Source: an uncultured bacterium (GTDB lineage: Bacteria; Chloroflexota; UBA5177; JANWHV01). Taken from it: DNA of 64,000 nucleotides. Positions 30,147-40,841 of this stretch are shown here, in pieces. How positions within the stretch are numbered: the stretch's first letter is position 1; every line of letters begins with the position of its first letter. Both the position numbers and the translations under genes were made by a program. The DNA is taken from assembly GCA_963827235.1 (NCBI GenBank), contig CAWHAE010000009.1:192001-256000 (forward strand). The letters run 5' to 3'. The notes beneath the pieces are model-generated. The model made no database searches. It was given only the letters and a program-made list of their open reading frames with translations, and was not told where the DNA came from.

Positions 30147-31196
30147 ATGCCCTCGACTCCCGAACTCTTGCTCAGCGTCCTGGACCAGTCTCCGATCCGT
30201 CAGGGCGGCACCGCCGCGCAGGCGCTGCGGGAGACTGTGGAGCTTGCCCGCGAGACGGAGCGCCTCGGCTACACACGCTACTGGGTGGCGGAGCACCACA
30301 ACACGGCAAGTTTCGCCGGCACGGCGCCCGAGATCCTGATCGGCCAGATCGCCGCCAACACCTCCAGTATCCGTGTCGGCAGCGGAGGCGTGATGCTCTC
30401 GCATTACTCCGCTCTCAAGGTGGCCGAAACCTTCCGCCTGCTGTCCGCGTTTTACCCCGGACGGATCGACCTGGGCATCGGCCGGGCGCCGGGCAGCGAC
30501 CAGCACACGGCGTCGGCTCTCGCCTATCCCCGGCCGATGGCCGATATCGCGGCATTCCCTCGCCAGGTGGCGGACCTCACCGGCTTCCTATCCGGCGCGC
30601 TGCCGCCAGGCCATCCATTTTCCAGGATCGAGGCGCAGCCCGGACCGCCTATCGCCGTGCCCGAACTCTGGCTCCTGGGTTCGAGCGACTACAGCGCCCG
30701 ACTCGCGGCGCTCCTCGGCTTGCCCTTTGCCTTCGCCGATTTCTTCGGAAGCGCTGGGGATATTGGCCCGCAGGTCGCCGATCTGTATCGTCAGGAGTTC
30801 AAGCCTTCGACGTATTTGCAGGAACCGAGACTGGGCGTGGCCGTACATGTCATCTGTGCCGGCACCGCCGAGCAGGCTCACTACGTCGCATCGAGCATGC
30901 GCCTGATGGTCGCGCAATTACGGACCGGCCGGGCTCGGACGGCGATCCTTTCGCCCGAGGAAGCTTCCAGGCAGGAGCTCGCTATTGCACCCGATCAGCC
31001 CGGGACAGGTTTTGCGAGGCACTTCATCGAAGGCAATCCCGAGCACGTGCGCACGCAGCTTCTCGCCGTAGCAGAACGATACGGAACAAACGACCTGACT
31101 ATAGCCACGAACTGTTTCTCCTTCGAGGACCGCGTGCGTTCCTATCGACTGGTCGCTGCGGCCTGCGCTTTGGGGCCGGCCGTGCCCAAGAAGTAG
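30147..31196 (+). CDS. LLM class flavin-dependent oxidoreductase (luciferase-like)
   Basis: LSVLDQSPI, YWVAEHH, IRVGSGGVML.HYS.LKVAE.F, RIDLGIGRAPG, LWLLGSS. Confidence 0.94.
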   Translation: MPSTPELLLSVLDQSPIRQGGTAAQALRETVELARETERLGYTRYWVAEHHNTASFAGTAPEILIGQIAANTSSIRVGSGGVMLSHYSALKVAETFRLLSAFYPGRIDLGIGRAPGSDQHTASALAYPRPMADIAAFPRQVADLTGFLSGALPPGHPFSRIEAQPGPPIAVPELWLLGSSDYSARLAALLGLPFAFADFFGSAGDIGPQVADLYRQEFKPSTYLQEPRLGVAVHVICAGTAEQAHYVASSMRLMVAQLRTGRARTAILSPEEASRQELAIAPDQPGTGFARHFIEGNPEHVRTQLLAVAERYGTNDLTIATNCFSFEDRVRSYRLVAAACALGPAVPKK

Positions 31197-31199
31197 CGG

Positions 31200-31355
31200 A
31201 TGCGGCTCGCCGCGGAGCTCGGCCTTGAGGGCATTGATGCGGGACCGCTGATATCGTCCCGATACGCTGAACATCCTGGTCTGCTGTGCCTCCATCTGGC
31301 GTATCAGGCCGGCTGTGGCACCCGCGTGACGTCCCGGGTCTGCGCGGCCCCGTAG
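31200..31355 (+). pseudogene. C-terminal remnant of F420/NADP oxidoreductase-family gene
   Basis: MRLAAELGLEGIDAGPLISSRYAEHPGLLCLHLAYQAG matches the LA..LG....DAGPL..AR..E tail of this family. Confidence 0.6.
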
Positions 31356-31412
31356 CGCGGTGACGCAAGCCATTTCCGGCAGATCTCACCTTGGTCTGAC
31401 GATAGTGGGGGC

Positions 31413-33530
31413 CTAAGGCGATGGTGGCACGACCGGCCCTTTGCCCACGATGTGCTGTTCCGGCGGACTGTCGAGTGGCAGGGACAGGCGGAAAACACTG
31501 CCCGCCGGACCTGTGCTCTCCAGCTCGAGATCGCCGCCCATGGCACGGGCGAGCCGCCGGCCAAGGAAGAGACCGAGTCCGGTTCCCACGTGCCCGGAGC
31601 GGATGCGACTGCCCTGGATTCGCCCGAACCGCGTGAAAAGCAGCGACCGGTGCTCCTCGGCGATGCCGGATCCCTGATCGTGCACGCGAATCGCCACCGT
31701 CTCACCGTCCTGTCGCCAATCGACCGCGACCGGGCACCCCTCCGCGGAGTACTTTGCCGCGTTGTCGAGCAGGTTGATCAGCACTTGCTTGGCCGCGCCG
31801 CCGTCGGCCAACATGCGCAGGTTGGCTGGTCCCTCGAGATCAAACCGCTGGTTCGTGTATTTTCCCTCGAGCTCATCGGTGACGCTCGCCAGCAGTGCGG
31901 CAACCGAACATGATGTGGGTTGCAAGAGCGCCATGTCGCTGTCCAGCCGCGTGGTCAGCAGCAGATCCTCGACCAGGCGCAGTTGGCGGTTGGCTGCTTG
32001 CACGATAAACGTGATCCTCGTGCGCCGCTGCGCATCGTCGAGATGTTGCCAGCGTTCCTCCAGCAGCTCACTGTAGCCGATGATCGCGGTCAGCGGCGTG
32101 CGCAGCTCATGGCTAACAGCGGCAACGAAGTCGCTGCGCGTCCGCGCTAGCTCCAGCGCCGCCAGCCTTGCACTCTCGGCCTCACGGCCGGCACGCACGG
32201 TAGCGGTGACGTCGACGGCCACACCGGTGCCGGCGCCGATGCCCGCGGTATCGGAATCCGCTGTCCACCACACTTCGAACACGCGATCGTTGGTGTCGAC
32301 GATGATGGGGAAGCTCTCTCCTGCCAGGATGCGCGCCCAGACCTCGTTCAGGTGCGGCGCGTCCTTCTGCCAGGAGCCGATCGACGTGCCTACCACCGTG
32401 GGCGCCGAGGCGCTCGCTATGAAGGGCGCACCTTCCTGGTAGTACGTGAAGGTGCCGCCTGCCTCCACGGCAAACAGGGCGATGGGCGCGTGCGTCAACA
32501 CCGCGCGCAGTCGCAGCTCGGCCTCCTTGCGCTCCGTCACATCCCGGGCGTTGATCACGATACTGCGCACCAACGGGTCGCGGACCTGGCTTACGGCCGC
32601 CAGCTCGAGCCAGTGATACGAGCCATTTGCGTGCAGTGCGCGCAGTGCCGTGCTCTGCTTGGCCCCACTGGCCGTGGCCAGGTGGTTGAGAGTGGCGGCT
32701 GCCTCGTCCAGATCGTCGCGGTGCACGATATCTGCCAGTGAATGACCGACCAGCTCGCTGGGCGAATGACCGAGCGCTTGCTGGAAGGAGGCACTGGCGT
32801 GGCGAACTATGCCCTGTCCATCGACGATTAGCACGAGGTCGGCGCTCTGCTGCGACAGAACACGACTGCGGTGGCCGCGCCCCTCCATGACGATCTGGAA
32901 TACGCAGACGATTGCGATGGTCCCCAAGATCACGCCCAGCAACAGCGCGGCCGTGTCGGCAACGGATCCGGCGGAAGCAACACCGCCAGCGGTGACGTCA
33001 GCCTCGTCGAGCTCGGCCAGTTGAGTGAGCGCCATCTGTAGCGGTGCGACGAATTGGGCGTCGGCCTGTTGCAGCAACGCACGGCCGACGGTACTGCCGA
33101 CCTGCGCACTGCCGATCGGCTCGGCCAGGCCCGCGGCAAGGAGGAGACCCGGAAAACGAGCCTCGATTTGCGATTGCAGTGCGGCCTGACCCCGCGGGTG
33201 AGGCCCGGCCGACTCGAACTGCTGGTAGTTCCGCCAGGATTGCCGGACCAGCGCCACGATCTCGGGAATCTCGACCGGTGTTTTCTTATTGGCGGAATCG
33301 TAGTTGAGCAACGCACGATAGCCGAGGTTTTCCGCCTGCGTGATCTCGCGTTCCGCGTCGAGCAGGTGCACCAGACCGGGGAGCTGCGCCGATGCGATAT
33401 CGTGCAAGGTCGAGTGGGCTCTGTTCAGGCCGTGGAGGCCGACGCCTCCGATCAGTCCGCCGAGCATGAGCAGCAGCAGGAGCTGTAGCATCACTCTGGG
33501 CGAGCGAAGGACGTGAGATACGTAGCGCAT
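31413..33530 (-). CDS. Membrane PAS-domain sensor histidine kinase (orphan)
   Basis: Two TMs around a helical sensor domain, PAS (VHRDD, NARDVTERK), second PAS-like domain, VSHELRTPL, NLLDNAAKYS, GTGLGL. Confidence 0.92.
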   Translation of the reverse strand: MRYVSHVLRSPRVMLQLLLLLMLGGLIGGVGLHGLNRAHSTLHDIASAQLPGLVHLLDAEREITQAENLGYRALLNYDSANKKTPVEIPEIVALVRQSWRNYQQFESAGPHPRGQAALQSQIEARFPGLLLAAGLAEPIGSAQVGSTVGRALLQQADAQFVAPLQMALTQLAELDEADVTAGGVASAGSVADTAALLLGVILGTIAIVCVFQIVMEGRGHRSRVLSQQSADLVLIVDGQGIVRHASASFQQALGHSPSELVGHSLADIVHRDDLDEAAATLNHLATASGAKQSTALRALHANGSYHWLELAAVSQVRDPLVRSIVINARDVTERKEAELRLRAVLTHAPIALFAVEAGGTFTYYQEGAPFIASASAPTVVGTSIGSWQKDAPHLNEVWARILAGESFPIIVDTNDRVFEVWWTADSDTAGIGAGTGVAVDVTATVRAGREAESARLAALELARTRSDFVAAVSHELRTPLTAIIGYSELLEERWQHLDDAQRRTRITFIVQAANRQLRLVEDLLLTTRLDSDMALLQPTSCSVAALLASVTDELEGKYTNQRFDLEGPANLRMLADGGAAKQVLINLLDNAAKYSAEGCPVAVDWRQDGETVAIRVHDQGSGIAEEHRSLLFTRFGRIQGSRIRSGHVGTGLGLFLGRRLARAMGGDLELESTGPAGSVFRLSLPLDSPPEQHIVGKGPVVPPSP

Positions 33531-34343
33531 CAACCACACTCCTTGTACTTCACGCCACGTGCGCACAGCATTGCCACGGAGTGTCTGTTGCACAGGTCAG
33601 GGTGGCGCCTTCTGAATCCACCGGCAGGGCACAACAGGGTCGCATCCTGCATGATACATTGCACCGGTAGAGCACGGCCTCGCGCGGGCACGCGGCAATT
33701 TGGTGCCGGCATACGTGTCTCGGCCGCCGCGGGCAATCACCAGACGATGGGCGGCAGAGCAGCACGCGGGCCGAGACACCGGGCTCCGCGCTTGCGCTCA
33801 CCTGCGAGGCACGGCCCGCCGCGGGTATCCCGCCGCCGGCTCATCGCATCCCAGTCGTCCAGTGAGCCGTCATTGACTCCGCCACCTCATGGTCGAGCAC
33901 AACGCGGACGGTCCGGACTGCTTGTTCGGCCACATTCCGCTCCCGGCCACGGGGCGGGATAAGGCGCACCGTTCGGCCTTGGCTATCCTGCCGGCACCTC
34001 CGGCGGCCACGGATACGGCGCGCGGCGCAACAGCCGGCGTGAATGGCGCGGGCTCGATCGCAACGGCGGTTCGTGCCGGCGGTTCGATCGTGCTGTAGGT
34101 CGTATCGTGTGCCCCGCGCGAGCGCGCGATTCGAGCGCCGGCGCCGGCCGGTAAGCCCAAGTGTGTAAAGTGCGCAACATCACGGCAGGCAACGTGACTT
34201 TATTCACTCCCCCCGTTTCTTGGGCCATGCTAGGCTGCGCAGTAGCAGAGACGAAGCGAATGAGAATCGTCCTGCAGCACCGCTCTCCCCTGCCGGCGGT
34301 AACCGCCTGGTGTCGGGCTGGGAAGCGGGACGGTGCTTCCAAC

Positions 34344-34408
34344 TACACAGAATCGTCACACTACTGCAACACATCGCTCATGCCCACGACACCATCGGCG
34401 CCTAAGCT
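34344..34408 (+). promoter_or_regulatory. OmpR-type 11-bp-periodic repeats and -10 upstream of ABC operon
   Basis: TACACA/GTCACA/GCAACA/CTCATG at 34344/34355/34366/34377, then 20 bp, then TAAGCT. Confidence 0.5.
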
Positions 34409-34485
34409 GGGCAATGTGAGACCGATGAAGTACGCCGGTCATGCGGCCGGGCTGTTGAAGATGGTTATGACCGAGGAGCGTGAAG

Positions 34486-35238
34486 ATGCTTGCCGAACTG
34501 ATCATTGAGGCGAGAAACGTCACCAAGACATATGTAACCGGCGCGCAGCGCGTCGATGCCCTCCGCGGCGTCGACTTCGCGGTCGAGCGCGGCGAAATGG
34601 TAGCGATCATGGGTCCGAGCGGCTGCGGCAAGACAACCCTGCTCAACTGCCTCTCCGGTCTCGACGAGTTTGATCACGGCGAGGTACGCATTTCGGGCAC
34701 GCCGCTGCGCGACATGAGCGACAACCAGAAGACCGACTACCGTGCCAAGAAGATGGGCTTCGTCTTCCAGGTATACAATCTGCTGCCCGTCCTGAGCGCG
34801 GTGGAAAACGTGGAGCTGCCGCTGCTCGTGAGCGGCGCGCATCCCAGATCGGCGCGCAAGAGCGCCATGGCCGCCCTGGATACCGTGCAGCTCGGGCAGT
34901 GGGCCAACCACCGTCCTGCCGAGCTCTCCGGCGGCCAGCGCCAACGCGTGACCATCGCCCGATCGCTCGTCAATAACCCGGCCATCGTGTGGGCCGACGA
35001 GCCGACCGGCGCCCTCGATTCCGAGGCGGCAGACGGCATCATGGACCTGATGTGCCGGCTGAACAAGGAGAACGGGCAGACCTTTGTCGTCGTCACGCAC
35101 GCACAGGAAGTCGGCGAGCGCGGCGACCGCATCGTGCGCATGCGCGACGGCCGCATCGACGATGCCGGCCTGGGTCTCGGTGCGCACGGTATGACCCACA
35201 TGCTTGACCGCCAGCGCTCCGCCCTGCAGGCAGGATAG
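34486..35238 (+). CDS. MacB/LolD-type ABC ATP-binding protein
   Basis: [32 protein letters not shown]. Confidence 0.95.
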   Translation: MLAELIIEARNVTKTYVTGAQRVDALRGVDFAVERGEMVAIMGPSGCGKTTLLNCLSGLDEFDHGEVRISGTPLRDMSDNQKTDYRAKKMGFVFQVYNLLPVLSAVENVELPLLVSGAHPRSARKSAMAALDTVQLGQWANHRPAELSGGQRQRVTIARSLVNNPAIVWADEPTGALDSEAADGIMDLMCRLNKENGQTFVVVTHAQEVGERGDRIVRMRDGRIDDAGLGLGAHGMTHMLDRQRSALQAG

Positions 35239-35248
35239 GGACGAGACG

Positions 35249-38200
35249 ATGCAATCACTCTTTGGCATACCCATGGACACTCTGATGGCCTGGATGCTGG
35301 CCATCTTCATCGTCGTCACAGCCGCGGTGGCCGTCCTCGCCGTGCGCAACCGGCTGTTCTTCAAGATGGGTCTGCGCAATATTCCGCGACGCCGCGCGCA
35401 GACCGTGCTGATCGTTATCGGCTTGATGCTGAGCACGGTGATCATCACCAGTGCGTTCGGCACCGGCGATACCCTGAGCTACTCCGTGCGCTCTGCCGTG
35501 ACGTCCGGGCTTGGCACGGTGGATGAAGCCGTGTTCCACGTCTCCGGACTTGGGAATCAAACCCTGATCAACGGCGTCGGCACGTTCTCGCCCGGTGAGA
35601 TCAGGAAGATTCAGGCCAACGTCGCCGCGAATCCGTCCGCAGAGGGCTCCATGACGGCCCTGATCTCCGCGGCGCCGCTGCAGGACCTGACCTCGGGTCA
35701 GACCAAGGCGGCCAGCCTCTTCGAGGCATTTCCCTCCCGCTACCCGGCCAAGTTCGGGCCGCTGACCACTACCGGGGGCTCTACGGTAACGCTCGGTCAG
35801 CTTGAGCCCGGGCAAGCCTACATCAACGCCAAGGCGGCAGATAGCCTGAGCGCGCATGCCGGCGACACGGTGGATACCTACGTCGCCGGCACGAAGATGA
35901 CCCTTCGCGTGCGGGCCGTGCTCAATGATGACTATCTTGCCTCGGGCGGCCTCAACACCACAGGCGGGGGCTCGCTGCAGCCGGCCATTCTTGTGCCGAT
36001 CGAGCGCCTATCCGGCTTGTCGCCGAACGTTGTCCTCGTCTCCAACCAGGGCAACATCACCAGCGGAGCCGACAAGACCGACGCGGTGACGGACTCCACT
36101 GCGTGCCCTGCTCACCAATCCCAGCGAGGTGGCTGCCGCGCAGACGTTGCTCGCGAGCAGCACGGGGAAAGTCCAGCTCAACAAGCTCATTGGCGACCCG
36201 GCACAAAGCGGCGCTAAGAGCAAGCTGACGCAGTTGCGTTCGGAGGTCGCGAGAGCTGGCCAGAGTGACCGGCTCAAGAGCCTGCCTGAGCGATCCCACG
36301 GTCGTCAACGCGCTGAGGACTATCAAGGCGCCGCAGCTCGCCCGGCCGCTCAACGACACGCTCGCGGCTATCAGCGACTACTCGGTGCAGAACGTGAAGA
36401 AAGACGGGCTCGAGCGCGGCCGACTTGATTGCCAGTGTGATCGTCAGCGTGTTCATCGTCTTCGGCCTCTTCTCGATCGCGGCCGGCATCATGCTGATCT
36501 TCTTGATCTTCGTGATGCTCGCGGCAGAGCGCCGGGCCGAGATGGGCATGGCGCGCGCGGTGGGCACGCGGCGCGCTCATCTGATCCAGCAGTTCCTCTT
36601 CGAGGGCTATGTCTATAATCTCGGTGCCGCGCTGGTAGGCATTCTCCTCGGCATCCTGGTCTCGCTCGGCATGGCACGCGTGATGGCGGCGCTCTTCGGT
36701 AGCTACGACTTCACGATCGTCGGCCACATCGAGCCGCGTAGCCTGGTTGTCTCCTTCTGTCTCGGGGCACTGGTCACCTTCCTGACGGTGGCCTTCTCCT
36801 CGTACCGGTCCAGCCGGCTCAACGTGGTCGCCGCCATCCGGGATCTGCCGGAAAGCTTCGGCATCAAGACCAACGTGGGTCACGCCTGGGCACTGACGGG
36901 CAGCCGGTTTGCCAGGGTGCTCAACGTGCGCCGGCCCCTGCCTCTCATCTACTGGGTGCTGGGCCTCGTGGCCGCGGTGCTGGCGCCGCCGGCCGGCATC
37001 ACCTATCTCGTCCTGAGACTGGCCTGGTATTGCAGGGCCGTCTTCGCCGCTTACTTTGCGCGCGGCCCGCTGTTCCTGGCCATCGGTATCGCCCTCATTC
37101 CGGTGGGTATCAAGACGACGCAGTCCATCTTCTTCACCCTGGGCTGCTCTCTCACGGCGATTGGCCTGGCCATGCTGGTCCGCTGGATATTGCACGCGTT
37201 CGGCGTCGGCGATCCGCTGCGCAATCGCATCGGCTACTCGCTGGCCGGCGTGGCCCTGGTCGTGTACTGGCTGCTCCCGTTCGACTTCTTTCAACGGTTC
37301 GGGCTGCCGAAGCTCCAGGGCGGCATCGAGATGTTCTTCGTCTCGGGCATCATGCTGGTGATCGGTGCGGTGTGGACCGTGATGTTTAATGCCGATCTGA
37401 TCGCCAACGGCCTGATGCGGCTGTTCGGCGCCGCCGGATCGCTCGGACCGGTCATGAAGATGGCCGTCACGTACCCGATGCAGCACAAAGTCCGCACCGG
37501 ACTGACCCTCGCGATGTTCAGTCTGGTGATCTTCACCCTGATGGTGATGTCCGTGCTGACACGAAGCACTGCCGGCAGCCTCGTCTACGACCGGGACACC
37601 GGCGGCTTCCAGATCTATGGCAATCCCAGCCAGCCGGTGTCCGCCGCCGGCAACGCCGCGGTCATCGCGGCCAATCCTGCCCTGCGCACGGCTATCGTGG
37701 CGACGGGCGCGATCGGCCAGGAGAGCGTGGGAGTTCGGCAGCCCGGTCAATCGGATCAGTCCTTCAGTAATAGCGTCGTGAACGCCCTGGATACGACGTA
37801 CCTGGAAAACACGCGCTTCCCCCTGCATTCCCGAGCACTGGGCTACACGTCGGACGCGCAGATCTGGCAGACCTTGCGGACCCACCCGGGGTACGCGGTC
37901 GTCGACGGCACGCTGGTAGAGCAGCCGTCGAGCAACACCATGCAGTTTGGTGCCGCGTTCAGTATCAAGGGGATCAAGTACGATGACAAAACCTTCAAAG
38001 CGCAGACAATCGAAGTCCACGATACGCGCAGCGGCCTCACGATCCCGCTGACGGTCATCGGCGTGCTGGACCAGAACGCCACGAACAATCTGCCGGATCT
38101 GACACAAGGCATCTTCACCGGCGAGAACACCTTCACGGCAGCCGGCGGGCAGCCCATCGGCGTGACCAGCTTCGTCTATCGCGTGCGGCCCGGAACCGAC

Positions 38201-38704
38201 ATCCATGCCACCGCGCTGCTGCTCGGCAAGGCCTTCCTCAGCGAAGGACTGGACGTGAAGGAAGCGCAGAAGCAGTTCGACCAGAACCAGGCACTTGGCA
38301 TCGGCCTCAACGATCTGCTCGAAGGGTTTATGGCCCTCGGGCTCATCGTCGGCATCGCCGCGCTCGGCGTGATCGCCTTCCGTTCCGTGGTAGAGCGACG
38401 CCAGGAGATCGGCATGATGCGCGCGATCGGCTTCCAGCGGAGCATGGTCCGCACGGCGTTTCTGCTTGAGTCCAGCTTCGTCGCCGTGCTCGGCACGCTG
38501 AACGGCGTCGTGCTTGGGCTGGTGCTGTCATACAACCTGGTGGCCAGCATTACCTCGACCAACAGCGCGTATAGCTTTTCCGTGCCCTGGCTCCAGATCG
38601 TGGTGATCGTCGCGCTCGCCTACGTGGCATCGCTGATCACGACCTATCTGCCCGCGTGGCAGGCTTCGCGCATCTATCCTGCCGAGGCCCTGCGCTACGA
38701 GTAG
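35249..38704 (+). CDS. FtsX-like ABC permease (double unit) with three apparent +1 frameshifts
   Basis: RNIPRRR, ERRAEMGMARAVG, ERRQEIGMMRAIG, PAEALRYE; frame changes near 36097, 36286, 36414. Confidence 0.85.
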
Positions 38705-38745
38705 ATAGCTGGTGACAGCCCGTTGCGGAATCCCTTGGTAGCCAA

Positions 38746-38784
38746 AGGGACCTCCCGGCCGAAGTGGCCGGGAGGTCCCTCTTT
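38746..38784 (+). terminator. Rho-independent terminator
   Basis: AGGGACCTCCCGGCC-gaagt-GGCCGGGAGGTCCCT followed by CTTT. Confidence 0.75.
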
Positions 38785-38851
38785 GCCCTACCCTGTAACC
38801 GTGCGACAGCAGTGGCGGCACATGCCGCCGCCTGGGAAGGAGAGACTTCTG

Positions 38852-39136
38852 ATGAGCGCATATATCATCGCCGCCATCGACATACACGATCGCGTGGCCT
38901 ACGCCGCGTACGCCGGCGCGGCAGGACCGGCCGTCGAGCAGTACGGTGGACGCTACCTCGTCGTCAGCGACAAGGTTGAGGTGCTCGAGGGTGAGGCGGC
39001 ACCGGTGCGCCACGTGATCATCAGCTTCTCGAGCGCGGACCAAGCGCGTGCCTGGTGGTCCTCACCGGAGTATGAAGCGGCGAAGGTGCTGCGCCGGCAG
39101 GCTGCCTCGAGCCGGTTCGTGCTGGTCGAAGACTAG
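38852..39136 (+). CDS. DUF1330 domain protein
   Basis: AYII, YGGRYLV, EVLEG, F.S..QA.AWW.SPEY. Confidence 0.9.
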   Translation: MSAYIIAAIDIHDRVAYAAYAGAAGPAVEQYGGRYLVVSDKVEVLEGEAAPVRHVIISFSSADQARAWWSSPEYEAAKVLRRQAASSRFVLVED

Positions 39137-39330
39137 CCCGTTCCCACCGTATGCGCGAGCGACCGTCGCCGTGAGCACGCCGAACCGCCCGCAGCAGAGA
39201 TGTTGAGCAGAGGTAACGAGCGCGCATCAAGAGGTCGCCACCGGGTCGGTTCACGCGGTCCGTGCAGACTGCCGGACACGAGGAGAAGTCGGTTCATGAG
39301 CGACGACTCTGCATCAGGCAGAACCCGGAT

Positions 39331-39388
39331 TTATCGAGTTCTTAACACAGGCTTAGCAAACAGTTAACGGCCCGCGCCCTATTATTAT
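39331..39388 (+). promoter_or_regulatory. Pho-box-like promoter (four hexamers, 11-bp period)
   Basis: TTATCG 39331, TTAACA 39342, TTAGCA 39353, TTAACG 39364, then TATTAT 39380. Confidence 0.7.
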
Positions 39389-39459
39389 GCAATGGCCCTC
39401 ACCTCAGTGGCCTCCTGTTGGTTGTCCGACGTTCAGCACGTACGTGGAGCGCACCGTAA

Positions 39460-40758
39460 ATGAATCGCAGGACGAAGCTCCGGATCCTGGCAGCCCTTGG
39501 TGTGGTCGGCATGCTCGGCGCCGGTGGAATGCCGTCGCACGCCGTCGCCGCCTCGCCTCAGGTCACGATCACCGTCTGGCACGAGTACTCGAAGTTGAAT
39601 CTCCAGGCATTCAATGATCTGATCGGCCGGTTCGAGGCTGCCAATCCCACGATCAAAGTGGCGCAAGTGGCCTCCGTCAACTACAACGCTCTGTTCCAGA
39701 AACTGCAAAGCGCCGTCTTCGCCGGCAATCCGCCCACCATCGCGCAGGCCTACGAGGACCAGGTGCAGCAGTTCAACAGCAAGAACCACGCCATCGAGGA
39801 CCTGGCGCCGTACGTAGCCGGCGCGAACGGGCTCTCCGCCGCCGATATCAAGGACTTCTACACCAGCATGTGGGCCGACGGCATGCTGGATGGCAAGCGC
39901 CTGATGATGCCGTTCTCGAAGAGCGACATCGTGCTCTACTATAACCCCGCGCTGCTGGCCAAATACGGAGTTACGAAGCCGCCGGCAACCTGGAATGACT
40001 TCGCCGCCGATTGCGCCAAGGTAACCACGATCGCCAACGGTCGCGCGAGCCAGTGGTGCATGACCTATCAGGTGGACGAATCGGACTGGTACGCGTGGGA
40101 GCACGAGTGGGGCTCCCCGGTGCTCGATGCCTCGGGCCAGGCGGCGTTCGGCAACGCCAAGGGCGCGGCGCCGCTGGCGTTCTTCGCCGGGCTGGCCGCC
40201 AAGAAGCAAGTCGTGGTTTCCACGACGGCCAACTATCAAGACCAGACGGACTTCGACTCCGGCAAGACGGCCTTCGACCTCAGCTCGAGCGCGGGACTTG
40301 CCTATGAGCTCTCGGGTGCCGGCCCGGGCGTACAGGTCAAGGTAGCGCAGATGCCTGCCGGGCCCGCGGCCCAGGACACCGAGCTGTATGGCGCTCCCTT
40401 CACCATGTTCAGCAAGGCCACGGCGGCACAGAAGCAGGCTGCATGGCTGTTCCTGAAGTTCATCACCGAGCCGGCGCAGACCGCCTACTGGGCAATGCAC
40501 ACGGGCTATATGCCGGTTCGCCGATCGGCGCTCAACACGCCGGGGCTGAAGGCATACTACAAGCAGTACCCCGATCGGCTGGCCGCCGTCGATCAGCTCG
40601 ATGCCGCCGTGCTGGAGCCCGCGCTCAACGGCTGGGAGAAGGCGATCAGCGATATCGATACTCAGATGAGCGCCGCGCTCAGCGGCAGCAAGGATCCGAC
40701 CGCCGCCATGCAGCAGGCAGCGTCGCAAGTGAACGGCGACCTGACCAACGCCAAATAG
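39460..40758 (+). CDS. ABC substrate-binding protein, CUT1/UgpB-like
   Basis: Signal peptide; ITVWH, PPTIAQAY, MPFSKS..VLYYN, AAWLFLKF, TGYMPVR. Confidence 0.9.
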   Translation: MNRRTKLRILAALGVVGMLGAGGMPSHAVAASPQVTITVWHEYSKLNLQAFNDLIGRFEAANPTIKVAQVASVNYNALFQKLQSAVFAGNPPTIAQAYEDQVQQFNSKNHAIEDLAPYVAGANGLSAADIKDFYTSMWADGMLDGKRLMMPFSKSDIVLYYNPALLAKYGVTKPPATWNDFAADCAKVTTIANGRASQWCMTYQVDESDWYAWEHEWGSPVLDASGQAAFGNAKGAAPLAFFAGLAAKKQVVVSTTANYQDQTDFDSGKTAFDLSSSAGLAYELSGAGPGVQVKVAQMPAGPAAQDTELYGAPFTMFSKATAAQKQAAWLFLKFITEPAQTAYWAMHTGYMPVRRSALNTPGLKAYYKQYPDRLAAVDQLDAAVLEPALNGWEKAISDIDTQMSAALSGSKDPTAAMQQAASQVNGDLTNAK

Positions 40759-40779
40759 GACCTCATAGCTGGCAGTCCC

Positions 40780-40809
40780 CGCCCTGCCGGAACCGTCCCC
40801 GGCAGGGCG
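40780..40809 (+). other. Intercistronic hairpin after binding-protein gene
   Basis: CGCCCTGCCGG-N8-CCGGCAGGGCG. Confidence 0.6.
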
Positions 40810-40841
40810 CCTCTGCAGCTCCGCTGGTAGAAGGGTTGAGC

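Noticed and set aside
36371-38206. Long antisense ORFs (also 15553-17127, 27884-29200, 39433-40857, 51434-53086)
   Set aside because: Shadow frames opposite well-supported genes, expected at high GC
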